DNA from: a phage
Direction: 5' to 3' (one strand)
Sequence record: PZ386951.1
DNA length: 64,000 nucleotides
Of this stretch, positions 11,728 to 22,143 are shown piece after piece. How positions within the stretch are numbered: position 1 is the stretch's first letter; every line of letters starts with the position of its first letter. The notes under the pieces were generated by a model, which searched no databases, had not been told where the DNA came from, and saw only the letters and a list, made by a program, of their open reading frames with translations. Position numbers and translations under genes: made by a program.

Positions 11728-13425
11728 TTATGGATAGGTATAGATGATACCAGTTTCTAAAGCAGTTTTATGAATGATGTATCCATTACGTGATTCTTGA
11801 ACATCAACTTCTGGATAGTCTTTCATCATCTTCTGAAGGGTGTAACGATGCAGGTAGTATTTACTATCTGGATCGTCAATTTTCCAATCTTTACCTTCTT
11901 CGGTCATTTTTTGTATTTCATCCATAACCCACCAACCGCACCAGATATAAGCTGAAGTACGATGTGGAAGAGGATGAACATAAGGCAATTCACCTTTAGG
12001 AGCAGGAGCTACTTTAGCCGTGACTGTTACATTACCAGTTTTGGTAACGGTTACAGGGTTATAATCTGCAGCAGATACAACAACAGAAACGCCAATCACT
12101 TGGGACCCTATATCAGACGTGTCAATCGCTAAAGTGCTAGTAGAACCTTCTACAGGAGAACCATCTTTGGTCCAAGAATAAACCCCAGTTGCACCTCCCG
12201 GAGCACCGATAACGTTGGCTTTAAAAGATGCCTCAGAACCTTGTTCAGTCATAATAGACTCAGGAGTCAGAGTAACTGAAACTCCGCTCATAGTCTTTTT
12301 GGTAATAGTTACATTACCGGTTTTAGTAACTGTAACCGACTTATAATCTGGGGCAGAAACAACAGCCGAAACCTCAATTACCTGTGACCCGATAGTAGAT
12401 GTATCAACTTCTAGAGTATTTGTTGAGCCATCAACAGGAGACCCGTCTTTGGTCCATGAATAAGCTACAGATGCTCCTGCCGGCGCTCCAGTAACATCGG
12501 CTTTAAAAGATGCTTCTGCTCCTTTTTCAGCGGTAATTGAACTAGGCGTTAGAGTAACAGAAACGGCTCCCATAGTCTTTTTAGTAAAAACAACCTCAAT
12601 ACCGTTAGTCGCAGTAGCTGGGTTATAATTTAATGCAGAAACCGTTACTTCACAATTCAGTGTGTAGCTGGTTTCCGTCGATTCAGTCAAGGTAATTGTT
12701 TTAGCAGTCTGACCTTCAATAACGGCATTATCACGTTTCCAGACATAAGCGATACTTGCACCTTCTGGAGCACCAACAACGTTAGCTGTAACTACCTGAG
12801 ACTGCCCAATCTCTTTGGAAACAGAAGTCGGGCTCAAAGTAACTGAAACACCGCTCATGGTCTTTTTAATAAAAGCAACAGCAATGCCTTTAGTTGCAGT
12901 TCCATTATTATATTCTGGAGCAGAAACCGTTACTTCACAATTCAGTGTGTAGCTGGTTTCCGTCGATTCAGTCAAGGTAATTGTTTTACTAGTTTGACCG
13001 GAAATAACAGAAGAGCCACGTTTCCAAACATAAGCAATGCTTGCTCCTGACGGTGCGCCAGTAACATCAGCTGTGACTACCTGAGATTGACCAACTTCCT
13101 TAGAAACAGAAGTCGGGCTCAAGGTTAAAGTAATTGCAGGCATAGTTTTGTTCTGAACGGTCAGAGTGGTTTCTGCCTCAGCAGTTTCTGCCACACCCTC
13201 TGCTGGGGTAACAGTAGCAACTACTTTAACAGTCTTACTACCTGCAGGTCCTGTAGCAACGTAATTCATAGCTGCGGTGACAGAAGATTGTTTTACGCCG
13301 TTTACTGTCCACACAAACGTTTCTGTGCCTTCAGCTGCGGCACCAGAAGTTGTTGCAGTAAAATTGGTTGTTGCTCCAATGACTGCCGAAGCAGCCAAAG
13401 GAGCAATAGATACGCTATAAGCCAT
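11728..13425 (-). CDS. hoc: Hoc outer capsid decoration protein with five Ig-like repeats
   Basis: 565 aa; five roughly 95 aa Ig-like repeats plus a C-terminal capsid-binding domain (YIWCGWWVMDEIQK); T4 position between 24.3 and inh. Confidence 0.85.
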   Translation of the reverse strand: MAYSVSIAPLAASAVIGATTNFTATTSGAAAEGTETFVWTVNGVKQSSVTAAMNYVATGPAGSKTVKVVATVTPAEGVAETAEAETTLTVQNKTMPAITLTLSPTSVSKEVGQSQVVTADVTGAPSGASIAYVWKRGSSVISGQTSKTITLTESTETSYTLNCEVTVSAPEYNNGTATKGIAVAFIKKTMSGVSVTLSPTSVSKEIGQSQVVTANVVGAPEGASIAYVWKRDNAVIEGQTAKTITLTESTETSYTLNCEVTVSALNYNPATATNGIEVVFTKKTMGAVSVTLTPSSITAEKGAEASFKADVTGAPAGASVAYSWTKDGSPVDGSTNTLEVDTSTIGSQVIEVSAVVSAPDYKSVTVTKTGNVTITKKTMSGVSVTLTPESIMTEQGSEASFKANVIGAPGGATGVYSWTKDGSPVEGSTSTLAIDTSDIGSQVIGVSVVVSAADYNPVTVTKTGNVTVTAKVAPAPKGELPYVHPLPHRTSAYIWCGWWVMDEIQKMTEEGKDWKIDDPDSKYYLHRYTLQKMMKDYPEVDVQESRNGYIIHKTALETGIIYTYP

Positions 13426-13434
13426 AGGTGTTCC

Positions 13435-14115
13435 TTATTTTAATGTTACGAAAGAAGAATTGCGTGTTTCACGAATTAGAACTGATCCATCACGATTAAT
13501 GTAATAAATTAAGCTAAATAATGTTTGGTGCGCTGACGCGTGTTCAAAACTAGTTGGGTGAGATTTCCAATCCGGAGTTTCAGCAATCCACTGGTAAATC
13601 CACCAAGGAACAGTACAGAATCCTGGATTTTTCCCAATCAGCTGAAGATTCGGACTAAAGTTTTCTGGAAGAGTAAATACAGACGGCTTTTCAGATTCAA
13701 TAATCTCAGCTACAGCCTGTTCGAATTTTTCTTCAACAAAAGGAGTATCTTCAATCAAAACTGAGGTATTTTCAGGAATTTTATCCGTTTCTACTACTTC
13801 AATTTTAATGTCAGATTTAACCGGAGAATCAATCAGAAGTGCTGCTTCTGGATTGACTTCTTCATCGTCATATTTTAATCCCTCTGCAGCATCAGCAGCA
13901 TCAATTAAGTCTTTAATAGATAACCCATCAGTCTCTGGCATAGGTTCACTAGCGAGCTTCTGGAGGGCTTCTTCAATATCAACAACGATATTATCAAAAG
14001 ATTTATTCTTTTTGACCTTTATACCAAACTGTTCAGCATATTCAGCTAATTTAGCTTTAGCTTCTTTGTTATCATCAAGAGCCTTAAGCTCTGCAATATA
14101 ATCTTTATCTATCAT
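13435..14115 (-). CDS. inh: Inh, inhibitor of prohead protease
   Basis: 226 aa, same length and position as T4 Inh. Confidence 0.8.
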   Translation of the reverse strand: MIDKDYIAELKALDDNKEAKAKLAEYAEQFGIKVKKNKSFDNIVVDIEEALQKLASEPMPETDGLSIKDLIDAADAAEGLKYDDEEVNPEAALLIDSPVKSDIKIEVVETDKIPENTSVLIEDTPFVEEKFEQAVAEIIESEKPSVFTLPENFSPNLQLIGKNPGFCTVPWWIYQWIAETPDWKSHPTSFEHASAHQTLFSLIYYINRDGSVLIRETRNSSFVTLK

Positions 14116-14128
14116 AATATTTCCTCAG

Positions 14129-14136
14129 TATAAATA
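14129..14136 (+). promoter_or_regulatory. T4-type late promoter TATAAATA upstream of uvsW
   Basis: exact TATAAATA 30 nt upstream of ATG 14166. Confidence 0.5.
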
Positions 14137-14165
14137 TAGATATATTTATTACATGGTATTTAGAC

Positions 14166-15677
14166 ATGACTGACATTAAAGTACATTTTTATGATTTTAG
14201 TCACGTGAGAATTGATTGTGAAGAAAGTACATTTCATGAACTCCGTGATTTCTTCAGCTTTGAAGCTGATGGGTATCGTTTTAATCCGAAATACAAATAT
14301 GGCCACTGGGATGGACGAATCCGTCTTTTAGATTATAATCGTCTTCTTCCATTCGGCTTAGTCGGGCAAATTAAAAAGTTCTGTGATAACTTTGGCTATA
14401 AAGCCTGGATTGACCCACAAATTAACGAAAAAGAAGAATTATCAAGAAAAGATTTTGATGAATGGCTTTCTAAATTAGAAATCTATTCAGGAAATAAAAG
14501 AATTGAACCACATTGGTATCAAAAAGATGCAGTGTTCGAAGGATTAGTTAATCGTCGTAGAATTCTTAATCTTCCAACATCTGCAGGTAAATCTTTAATT
14601 CAAGCTTTGCTTGCGCGATATTATTTGGAAAATTATGAAGGTAAAATTCTTATCATTGTTCCAACAACTGCTCTGACAACTCAGATGGCTGATGACTTCG
14701 TTGACTATCGTTTATTCAGTCATGCAATGATAAAGAAAATTGGTGGCGGAGCATCAAAAGATGATAAATATAAAAATGATGCACCAGTCGTTGTTGGTAC
14801 ATGGCAAACTGTAGTAAAACAGCCAAAAGAATGGTTCTCACAGTTTGGAATGATGATGAATGATGAATGCCATCTTGCTACAGGAAAAAGTATTTCATCT
14901 ATCATATCAGGTTTAAATAACTGCATGTTCAAATTTGGTCTATCTGGTTCATTACGTGATGGCAAAGCCAATATCATGCAGTATGTTGGAATGTTTGGTG
15001 AAATATTTAAGCCAGTAACGACTTCTAAGTTAATGGAAGATGGACAAGTAACTGAGCTAAAAATTAATAGTATTTTTCTTCGCTATCCCGATGAGTTCAC
15101 TACTAAATTAAAGGGAAAAACTTATCAAGAAGAAATAAAAATTATTACTGGGCTTAGTAAAAGAAATAAATGGATCGCTAAATTAGCTATTAAGCTTGCG
15201 CAAAAAGATGAAAACGCTTTTGTCATGTTTAAACATGTATCGCACGGTAAAGCTATTTTCGATTTAATTAAAAATGAATACGATAAAGTTTATTACGTAT
15301 CAGGGGAAGTTGATACCGAAACCCGCAATATAATGAAAACCTTAGCTGAAAATGGTAAAGGAATAATTATAGTAGCGAGTTATGGTGTATTTTCTACTGG
15401 TATTTCAGTTAAAAATCTGCATCACGTTGTTTTAGCGCACGGTGTTAAATCAAAAATCATTGTATTACAAACAATCGGTCGTGTATTACGTAAGCACGGT
15501 TCTAAGACAATAGCAACAGTCTGGGACCTCATAGATGATTGTGGTGTTAAGCCAAAATCTGCTAATACGAAAAAGAAATATGTTCATTTGAACTATCTTT
15601 TAAAACACGGCATTGATCGTATTCAGCGCTACGCAGATGAAAAATTTAATTACGTAATGAAAACAGTTAATTTATAA
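14166..15677 (+). CDS. uvsW: UvsW DNA/RNA helicase (SF2)
   Basis: 503 aa; Walker A LPTSAGKS and DECH box; matches T4 UvsW as recalled. Confidence 0.95.
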   Translation: MTDIKVHFYDFSHVRIDCEESTFHELRDFFSFEADGYRFNPKYKYGHWDGRIRLLDYNRLLPFGLVGQIKKFCDNFGYKAWIDPQINEKEELSRKDFDEWLSKLEIYSGNKRIEPHWYQKDAVFEGLVNRRRILNLPTSAGKSLIQALLARYYLENYEGKILIIVPTTALTTQMADDFVDYRLFSHAMIKKIGGGASKDDKYKNDAPVVVGTWQTVVKQPKEWFSQFGMMMNDECHLATGKSISSIISGLNNCMFKFGLSGSLRDGKANIMQYVGMFGEIFKPVTTSKLMEDGQVTELKINSIFLRYPDEFTTKLKGKTYQEEIKIITGLSKRNKWIAKLAIKLAQKDENAFVMFKHVSHGKAIFDLIKNEYDKVYYVSGEVDTETRNIMKTLAENGKGIIIVASYGVFSTGISVKNLHHVVLAHGVKSKIIVLQTIGRVLRKHGSKTIATVWDLIDDCGVKPKSANTKKKYVHLNYLLKHGIDRIQRYADEKFNYVMKTVNL

Positions 15678-15690
15678 GGGCTTCGGCCCT
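15677..15690. terminator. hairpin AGGGC-TTCG-GCCCT
   Basis: inverted repeat overlapping the uvsW stop. Confidence 0.45.
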
Positions 15691-15702
15691 TTGGAGAAAA
15701 AG

Positions 15703-15933
15703 ATGTTACTAGAATTTAAACAATTTCTTTATGAAGCTTCTATTGATGAATTTATGGGTAAAATTGCCTCTTGTCAAACATTAGAAGGTTTAGAAGAACT
15801 TGAAGCTTATTATAAGAAAAGAGTTAAAGAAACTGAATTAAAAGATACTGATGACATCTCTGTGAGAGATGCTTTGGCAGGAAAAAGAGCTGAATTAGAA
15901 GATTCAGACGATGAAGTAGAAGAAAGCTTTTAA
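15703..15933 (+). CDS. uvsW.1: UvsW.1 small acidic protein
   Basis: 76 aa from the ATG with GGAG 6 nt upstream (track starts at a TTG at 15691); immediately downstream of uvsW. Confidence 0.7.
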   Translation: MLLEFKQFLYEASIDEFMGKIASCQTLEGLEELEAYYKKRVKETELKDTDDISVRDALAGKRAELEDSDDEVEESF

Positions 15934-15988
15934 ATTAAAAAAGGCCCAACCAAAAAGGAAGGGCCAAAACTATAGACTAAAGGTCACA

Positions 15989-16156
15989 CTATAGCAAAAG
16001 TTGTGTTTCATTTAATTGTTCTTCCGAACTTTCTGAAACTGGTAGTTCTTTAATGTAATTATAACAAGGCCCAGGATGTACAGGACCTTTGTCTGTTTCA
16101 ACAACCAATGCAGAATCGATTGGAGTTTTACAGACAACACAAATCTTATCTGACAT
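15989..16156 (-). CDS. small Cys-rich protein, possible zinc ribbon (uvsY.-2 position)
   Basis: 55 aa ORF absent from the track (under 60 aa): MSDKICVVCKTPIDSALVVETDKGPVHPGPCYNY with a CxxC pair; translated by hand from the minus strand. Confidence 0.45.
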   Translation of the reverse strand: MSDKICVVCKTPIDSALVVETDKGPVHPGPCYNYIKELPVSESSEEQLNETQLLL

Positions 16157-16184
16157 GATTGTCTCCTCTGAATTATATATCTAT

Positions 16185-16409
16185 TTATACAACTCTCATA
16201 TGCATATCAATGCCCATATCTTTAGAATAAAAATATTCATCAAGATATCCGGCAAATTTTCCTTTAATATAAAGGACATCTTCACCGCATGGGTGATCGG
16301 CCAGGATACGAATATCCTGACGCTTAAGATTATGCTTTTTCATTAAGAATTGAATTTCCGTTTCAAATTCTTCTTCATAATTAAAAGCATCATTAATATT
16401 ATATCTCAT
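16185..16409 (-). CDS. hypothetical protein (uvsY.-1 position)
   Basis: 74 aa with ATG start; abuts the uvsY stop. Confidence 0.6.
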   Translation of the reverse strand: MRYNINDAFNYEEEFETEIQFLMKKHNLKRQDIRILADHPCGEDVLYIKGKFAGYLDEYFYSKDMGIDMHMRVV

Positions 16410-16822
16410 TATTTTCCAGCCTCAAATGCCCGCATGTCTTGAATATGCTTAATAGCAAATCCTCGTGATTTGATAGCATCAAGAGCTCCACTGCAGAAAT
16501 CTAATAAAATCCCCCAATACTGCAGCGAGGTGTCAACCTTTAAAACATCCTTATCAGCTGATAGAACTGTCTTCATTTCTGATTTCTCGTAACGATCCAT
16601 ACTAAATTCATCACCATCTCCTCGTCCCGAGTAGTAGTCTAATTTAGCTTTAAGAGCAACTTTTTTCTGTGCATCAATTCTAAGCATTTCCTTTTTAATA
16701 CTTGAATGCTTATTAAGCCATTTACTATATAACATCACATTATTAGCTGCTTCATACTGTAATTTAGTCGAATCTATAAACACATCTTTCTTCAATTCTT
16801 CTTGAAGATCTTCTAATTTCAT
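16409..16822 (-). CDS. uvsY: UvsY recombination mediator
   Basis: 137 aa; MKLEDLQEELKKDVFIDSTKLQYEAANNVM matches T4 UvsY. Confidence 0.95.
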   Translation of the reverse strand: MKLEDLQEELKKDVFIDSTKLQYEAANNVMLYSKWLNKHSSIKKEMLRIDAQKKVALKAKLDYYSGRGDGDEFSMDRYEKSEMKTVLSADKDVLKVDTSLQYWGILLDFCSGALDAIKSRGFAIKHIQDMRAFEAGK

Positions 16823-16888
16823 GTTGTTCTCTATTCAATTGTTATTGGATGGACTTAGATTCATTATACCACGTTTATACGTGAAGCA

Positions 16889-17287
16889 TTATACTCTATT
16901 ACTGGAAGCCAGTTGCAGTTTTATCTGCTCAATATCATCAGGATTATCGATGACCGAAAAGCGTATTTCTACTATTAGAGTATAATCATCATAAACTGGT
17001 ATCACATTAACTGCTAATTTATCAATACGTGGCTCATAATTTCTTACTGCGCTTTCGATGTTACGCTCAACTGTGTCAGCAGTAAGAGGAGTCATATTTT
17101 CAAAAAGCTGGTCTGATAAATCACATCCAAATTCAGGGTCAAACGGTCTTGAACCTTTTCTTGTTGTAATAATTCCTAAAAGACTATTTTTAATTGACCT
17201 TAATCCAAGAGATCTGGAAACGTCTTTGTCCCAGTCCATTTTCATTTCTGGGTCGATGTCAGAATAAAGCTTATTAATATTTGCCAT
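16889..17287 (-). CDS. 25: baseplate wedge protein gp25
   Basis: 132 aa, gp25/GPW family; T4 position. Confidence 0.93.
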   Translation of the reverse strand: MANINKLYSDIDPEMKMDWDKDVSRSLGLRSIKNSLLGIITTRKGSRPFDPEFGCDLSDQLFENMTPLTADTVERNIESAVRNYEPRIDKLAVNVIPVYDDYTLIVEIRFSVIDNPDDIEQIKLQLASSNRV

Positions 17288-17913
17288 TATAGTAACTCAA
17301 AGAACTCTTTGAGGCCTCTTATTACATGAGCATGGGTTTTTCCACACTCTGGACACTTAATTGGAACAGCCAAATAAACGGTAGGCTTTAAAAGCATATC
17401 TTTTATAGCTACAATATCTGACTCTGTGATGATAGAATATAAATCTTCTAGTTCCTTTTCATTTAAGTCTTCAACTGGAATGCTTTCCCCGTTAGCATGA
17501 ATCGTTTCTATGCATGATACTATCATGTGGGCTATATTTTTATCATCAAAAATTTTAGGGTATCGGAATTTAATTTTAATGTCACCCAGTGTATACCAGA
17601 GGTCTTCTGGTGCATCTATTTGTGTGTGTAATAGATTTATATGGGTTGGTATTTCAGTTCCACAGGTGCACTTCCAGGAGTTTTCGTGATTAACTTCACC
17701 GAGAGAATGTGCCCATAAATGAATCAATAATAGTTCTGATTCTTGGCGGTTTAAATCTTTTGCATTTGTGCAGTCTTTGATTAGCTTTTTAACAATTACT
17801 TCTACAGAACCATTATTTTTGGCAGTAATAAGTTCTAGATATTCTTTAAGAGTAAATGCGCGACAGTTGATTATTTTAGAACCAACTCTCACATCAAATT
17901 TGTATTCATACAT
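17287..17913 (-). CDS. 26: baseplate hub protein gp26
   Basis: 208 aa, same length and position as T4 gp26. Confidence 0.88.
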   Translation of the reverse strand: MYEYKFDVRVGSKIINCRAFTLKEYLELITAKNNGSVEVIVKKLIKDCTNAKDLNRQESELLLIHLWAHSLGEVNHENSWKCTCGTEIPTHINLLHTQIDAPEDLWYTLGDIKIKFRYPKIFDDKNIAHMIVSCIETIHANGESIPVEDLNEKELEDLYSIITESDIVAIKDMLLKPTVYLAVPIKCPECGKTHAHVIRGLKEFFELL

Positions 17914-17934
17914 ATTTAGCTCCTTTATTTATCA

Positions 17935-17946
17935 TATTTATAAATA
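17935..17946. promoter_or_regulatory. overlapping divergent late promoters (TATTTATAAATA)
   Basis: TATAAATA on the plus strand at 17939-17946 for gene 51 and on the minus strand at 17935-17942 for genes 26-25. Confidence 0.55.
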
Positions 17947-17963
17947 GAATAAAAGGAGCATCT

Positions 17964-18716
17964 ATGGCAAACATTATTCGTTGTAAATTACCAGATGGTG
18001 TTCATCGTTTTAAACCATTTACGGTAGAAGATTATCGAGATTTTTTGTTAGTTCGAAACGATATAGAACATCGGTCACCACAAGAACAAAAAGAAGTAAT
18101 TGCTGATTTAATTGCTGATTATTTTGGAGACTATCCAAAGACTTGGCAACCATTTATATTTTTGCAGGTATTTGTAGGGTCAATAGGTAAAACTAAAGTA
18201 CCAGTCACATTTGTATGTCCAAAATGTAAAAAAGAAAAGACAGTTCCATTTGAAATATACCAAAAAGAATTAAAGGAGCCTGTTTTTGATGTAGCTAATG
18301 TTAAAATTAAATTAAAGTTTCCTTCTGATTTTTATGAAAATAAAGCAAAGATGATTACTGAAAATATTCATTCTGTTCAAGTAGATGAAATTTGGTATGA
18401 TTGGAAGGAAATTAGTGAATCAAGCCAAATAGAACTTGTTGATGCCATCGAGATAGAAACATTAGAAAAAATTCTCGATGCAATGAATCCTATTAATTTA
18501 ACATTGCACATGTCGTGTTGTGATAAGTACATTAAAAAATACACTGATATAGTAGATGTGTTTAAGCTATTAGTTAACCCAGATGAAATATTTACTTTTT
18601 ATCAAATCAATCACACGCTTGTAAAAAGTAATTATAGCTTAAATTCAATAATGAAAATGATTCCTGCCGAGCGCGGATTCGTATTAAAACTGATTGAGAA
18701 GGATAAACATCAATGA
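17964..18716 (+). CDS. 51: baseplate hub assembly catalyst gp51
   Basis: 250 aa; T4 gp51 position and size. Confidence 0.88.
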   Translation: MANIIRCKLPDGVHRFKPFTVEDYRDFLLVRNDIEHRSPQEQKEVIADLIADYFGDYPKTWQPFIFLQVFVGSIGKTKVPVTFVCPKCKKEKTVPFEIYQKELKEPVFDVANVKIKLKFPSDFYENKAKMITENIHSVQVDEIWYDWKEISESSQIELVDAIEIETLEKILDAMNPINLTLHMSCCDKYIKKYTDIVDVFKLLVNPDEIFTFYQINHTLVKSNYSLNSIMKMIPAERGFVLKLIEKDKHQ

Positions 18717-19885
18717 GTATGTTACAACGTCCTGGATATCCAAATCTCAGCGTTAAATTATTTGAGAGTTATGACGCTTGGAGTAATAATAGATTTGTTG
18801 AATTAGCTGCTACTATTACCACATTAACTATGCGTGACTCTCTTTATGGTCGAAATGAAGGAATGCTACAATTTTATGATTCTAAAAACATTCATACAAA
18901 AATGGATGGAAATGAAATAATTCAGATTTCTGTAGCTAATGCAAACGATATTAATAATGTTAAAACACGAATTTATGGATGCAAGCATTTTTCCGTGTCA
19001 GTAGATTCAAAAGGCGATAACATCATTGCTATTGAATTAGGAACTATTCATTCTATAGAAAATCTTAAATTTGGTAGACCATTTTTCCCTGATGCCGGTG
19101 AATCTATAAAGGAAATGCTTGGCGTAATTTATCAAGATCGTACATTATTAACTCCAGCGATAAATGCTATTAATGCTTATGTTCCTGATATTCCATGGAC
19201 TAGCACATTTGAAAACTATTTGTCATATGTAAGAGAAGTTGCTCTAGCGGTAGGAAGCGATAAGTTCGTATTTGTATGGCAAGACATCATGGGAGTTAAC
19301 ATGATGGACTATGATATGATGATAAATCAAGAACCATATCCAATGATTGTAGGTGAGCCAACTTTAATAGGTCAATTCGTCCAAGAATTGAAATATCCAT
19401 TAGCATATGATTTTGTTTGGTTGACTAAATCAAACCCGCATAAACGTGATCCAATGAAAAATGCTACTATCTATGCTCATTCATTTTTAGATTCTTCATT
19501 ACCAATGATTACTACAGGAAAGGGTGAAAACTCTATTGTAGTGTCAAGGTCAGGTGCTTATTCTGAAATGACTTATAGAAATGGATATGAAGAAGCTATT
19601 CGTCTTCAGACTATGGCGCAGTATGATGGTTACGCTAAATGTTCTACTGTCGGTAATTTTAACTTGACTCCTGGCGTTAAAATTATTTTTAATGATAGTA
19701 AAAACCAATTTAAAACAGAATTTTACGTTGATGAAGTTATTCACGAATTATCAAATAATAATTCCGTAACTCATCTTTATATGTTCACTAATGCAACGAA
19801 ACTGGAAACAATAGACCCAGTTAAGGTTAAAAATGAATTTAAATCTGATACTACCACTGAAGAAAGTAGTTCTTCCAATAAGTAA
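18713..19885 (+). CDS. 27: baseplate hub protein gp27
   Basis: 390 aa; start overlaps the gene 51 stop. Confidence 0.9.
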   Translation: MSMLQRPGYPNLSVKLFESYDAWSNNRFVELAATITTLTMRDSLYGRNEGMLQFYDSKNIHTKMDGNEIIQISVANANDINNVKTRIYGCKHFSVSVDSKGDNIIAIELGTIHSIENLKFGRPFFPDAGESIKEMLGVIYQDRTLLTPAINAINAYVPDIPWTSTFENYLSYVREVALAVGSDKFVFVWQDIMGVNMMDYDMMINQEPYPMIVGEPTLIGQFVQELKYPLAYDFVWLTKSNPHKRDPMKNATIYAHSFLDSSLPMITTGKGENSIVVSRSGAYSEMTYRNGYEEAIRLQTMAQYDGYAKCSTVGNFNLTPGVKIIFNDSKNQFKTEFYVDEVIHELSNNNSVTHLYMFTNATKLETIDPVKVKNEFKSDTTTEESSSSNK

Positions 19886-20366
19886 TAAAGAAGTTTCTAT
19901 TCCTAAAATGGGTCTTAAACATTATAACATTTTAAAAGATGTTAAAGGTCCTGATGAAAATTTAAAACTTCTTATTGATTCTATTTGTCCGAATTTATCA
20001 CCGGCAGAAGTTGATTTCGTTTCTATTCATTTGCTAGAATTTAATGGAAAGATTAAATCTCGTAAAGAAATAGATGGTTATACTTATGATATTAATGACG
20101 TTTATGTATGTCAAAGATTGGAATTTCAATACCAAGGAAATACATTTTATTTTAGACCTCCTGGAAAATTTGAACAATTTTTAACTGTAAGCGATATGTT
20201 ATCTAAATGCTTGCTTAAGGTCAATGATGAAGTTAAAGAAATTAATTTTCTTGAGATGCCAGCATTCGTTTTAAAATGGGCAAATGATATTTTTACAACT
20301 TTAGCAATTCCTGGCCCTAATGGTCCAATAACCGGAATTGGCAATATTATTGGATTATTTGAATGA
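19833..20366 (+). CDS. 28: baseplate hub distal subunit gp28
   Basis: 177 aa, same length as T4 gp28; overlaps the gene 27 3-prime end. Confidence 0.85.
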   Translation: MNLNLILPLKKVVLPISNKEVSIPKMGLKHYNILKDVKGPDENLKLLIDSICPNLSPAEVDFVSIHLLEFNGKIKSRKEIDGYTYDINDVYVCQRLEFQYQGNTFYFRPPGKFEQFLTVSDMLSKCLLKVNDEVKEINFLEMPAFVLKWANDIFTTLAIPGPNGPITGIGNIIGLFE

Positions 20367-22135
20367 AAAAGCCACAAGAAATGCAAACGATGCGTAGAAA
20401 AGTTATTTCAGATAATAAACCAACACAGGAAGCGGCTAAATCCGCTTCTAATACTTTATCTGGTCTTAATGACATTTCTACAAAATTAGATGATGCTCAA
20501 GCTGCCTCTGAATTAATAGCTCAGACTGTTGAAGAAAAATCAAATGAAATAGTTGGAGCAATTGATAACGTTGAAAGCGCAGTAAGTGATACTACTGCCG
20601 GTTCTGAGTTAATTGCTGAAACTGTTGAAATTGGAAACAATATTAATAAAGAAATCGGTGAATCGCTCGGAAGCAAATTAGATAAATTAACAAGTTTACT
20701 GGAACAAAAAATTCAGACAGCTGGAATTCAGCAAACTGGAACGAGTTTAGCAGTAGTCGAAAATGCTATTCCTGTTAAAGTCGTCGAGGATGATACAGCT
20801 GAATCTGTGGGTCCTTTATTACCGGCTCCTGAAGCAGTTAATAATGATCCTGATGCTGATTTTTTCCCTACTCCTCAGCCAATTGAACCAAAACAAGAGT
20901 CTCCAGAAGAGAAGCAAAAAAGAGACGCATTTAACTTAAAAATATCTAATGCATTAGATAAATTAACAAAGACAGTTGATTTCGGATTTAAGAAATCTAT
21001 TTCAATTACTGATAAAATATCTAGCATGCTATTTAAGTATACCGTCAGTGCTGCTATTGAAGCTGCTAAAATGGTTGCATTGATAATGGCTGTTGTTATT
21101 GGAATAGACCTGCTGATGGTTCATTTTAAATACTGGTCAGATAAATTTTCAAAAGCCTGGGATTTATTTAGCACTGATTTTAAAACTTTCTCAAGCGAAA
21201 CAGGAACTTGGGGCCCTTTATTACAAAGCATCTTTGAATCTATTGATGAAATTAAAAAGTTCTGGGAAGCCGGAGATTGGGGCGGATTAACAGTAGCTAT
21301 TGTTGAAGGGCTTGGAAGTGTTCTTTATAATTTAGGAGAGCTTATTCAATTAGGTATGGCTAAATTATCTGCAGCAATTCTTCGAGCCATTCCTGGCATG
21401 AAGGATACTGCTGATGAAGTAGAAGGAAGAGCATTAGAAAATTTCCAAAATTCTACTGGAGCATCTCTTAATAAAGAAGACCAAGAAAAAGTAGCAAATT
21501 ATCAAGATAAACGAATGAATGATGATCTTGGCCCAATAGCAAAAGGATTAGACAAAATTGCGAACTGGAAAACTCGTGCATCTAACTGGATTCGTGGTGT
21601 AGATAATAAAGAAGCATTGACTACTGACGAAGAACGTGCAGCAGAAGAAGAAAAATTAAAACAACTTTCACCGGAAGAAAGAAAAAATGCTTTAATGAAA
21701 GCTAATGAAGCTCGTGCTGCGATGATTCGTTTTGAAAAATACGCTGATTCAGCTGATATGGGCAAAGACTCGACAGTTAAATCAATTGAAGCTGCTCATG
21801 AAGACCTTAAAAAACGAATGAATGATCCGGATTTAAATAATTCACCAGCAGTTAAAAAAGAACTTGCTTCTAGATTTGCTAAAATTGATGCCACTTATCA
21901 AGAGCTCAAGAAAAATCAGCCTGAAGCAAAACCTGAAACTTCTGCTAAATCGCCAGAAGCAAAACAAGTTCAGGTAATAGAAAAGAACAAAGCACAGCAA
22001 GCTCCTGTTCAACAAGCATCTCCTTCGATCAATAATACTAATAATGTTATTAAGAAAAATACTGTCGTTCATAATATGACACCTGTCACAAGCACAACTG
22101 CTCCTGGTGTATTTGGTGCGACGGGAGTTAATTAA
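20363..22135 (+). CDS. 29: baseplate hub / tail length determinator gp29
   Basis: 590 aa, same length as T4 gp29; extended helical, Ala/Glu/Lys-rich. Confidence 0.9.
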   Translation: MKKPQEMQTMRRKVISDNKPTQEAAKSASNTLSGLNDISTKLDDAQAASELIAQTVEEKSNEIVGAIDNVESAVSDTTAGSELIAETVEIGNNINKEIGESLGSKLDKLTSLLEQKIQTAGIQQTGTSLAVVENAIPVKVVEDDTAESVGPLLPAPEAVNNDPDADFFPTPQPIEPKQESPEEKQKRDAFNLKISNALDKLTKTVDFGFKKSISITDKISSMLFKYTVSAAIEAAKMVALIMAVVIGIDLLMVHFKYWSDKFSKAWDLFSTDFKTFSSETGTWGPLLQSIFESIDEIKKFWEAGDWGGLTVAIVEGLGSVLYNLGELIQLGMAKLSAAILRAIPGMKDTADEVEGRALENFQNSTGASLNKEDQEKVANYQDKRMNDDLGPIAKGLDKIANWKTRASNWIRGVDNKEALTTDEERAAEEEKLKQLSPEERKNALMKANEARAAMIRFEKYADSADMGKDSTVKSIEAAHEDLKKRMNDPDLNNSPAVKKELASRFAKIDATYQELKKNQPEAKPETSAKSPEAKQVQVIEKNKAQQAPVQQASPSINNTNNVIKKNTVVHNMTPVTSTTAPGVFGATGVN

Positions 22136-22143
22136 GGAATAAT

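Noticed and set aside
12000-13000. Possibility that the Hoc repeats are a CRISPR-like or satellite array
   Set aside because: The repeats have a roughly 285 nt period, lie in frame within one long ORF and encode Ig-like domains.
16089-16346. 85 aa plus-strand ORF
   Set aside because: Overlaps the minus-strand uvsY.-1 and uvsY.-2 ORFs that fit the T4 operon direction; no promoter or SD; low-complexity product.
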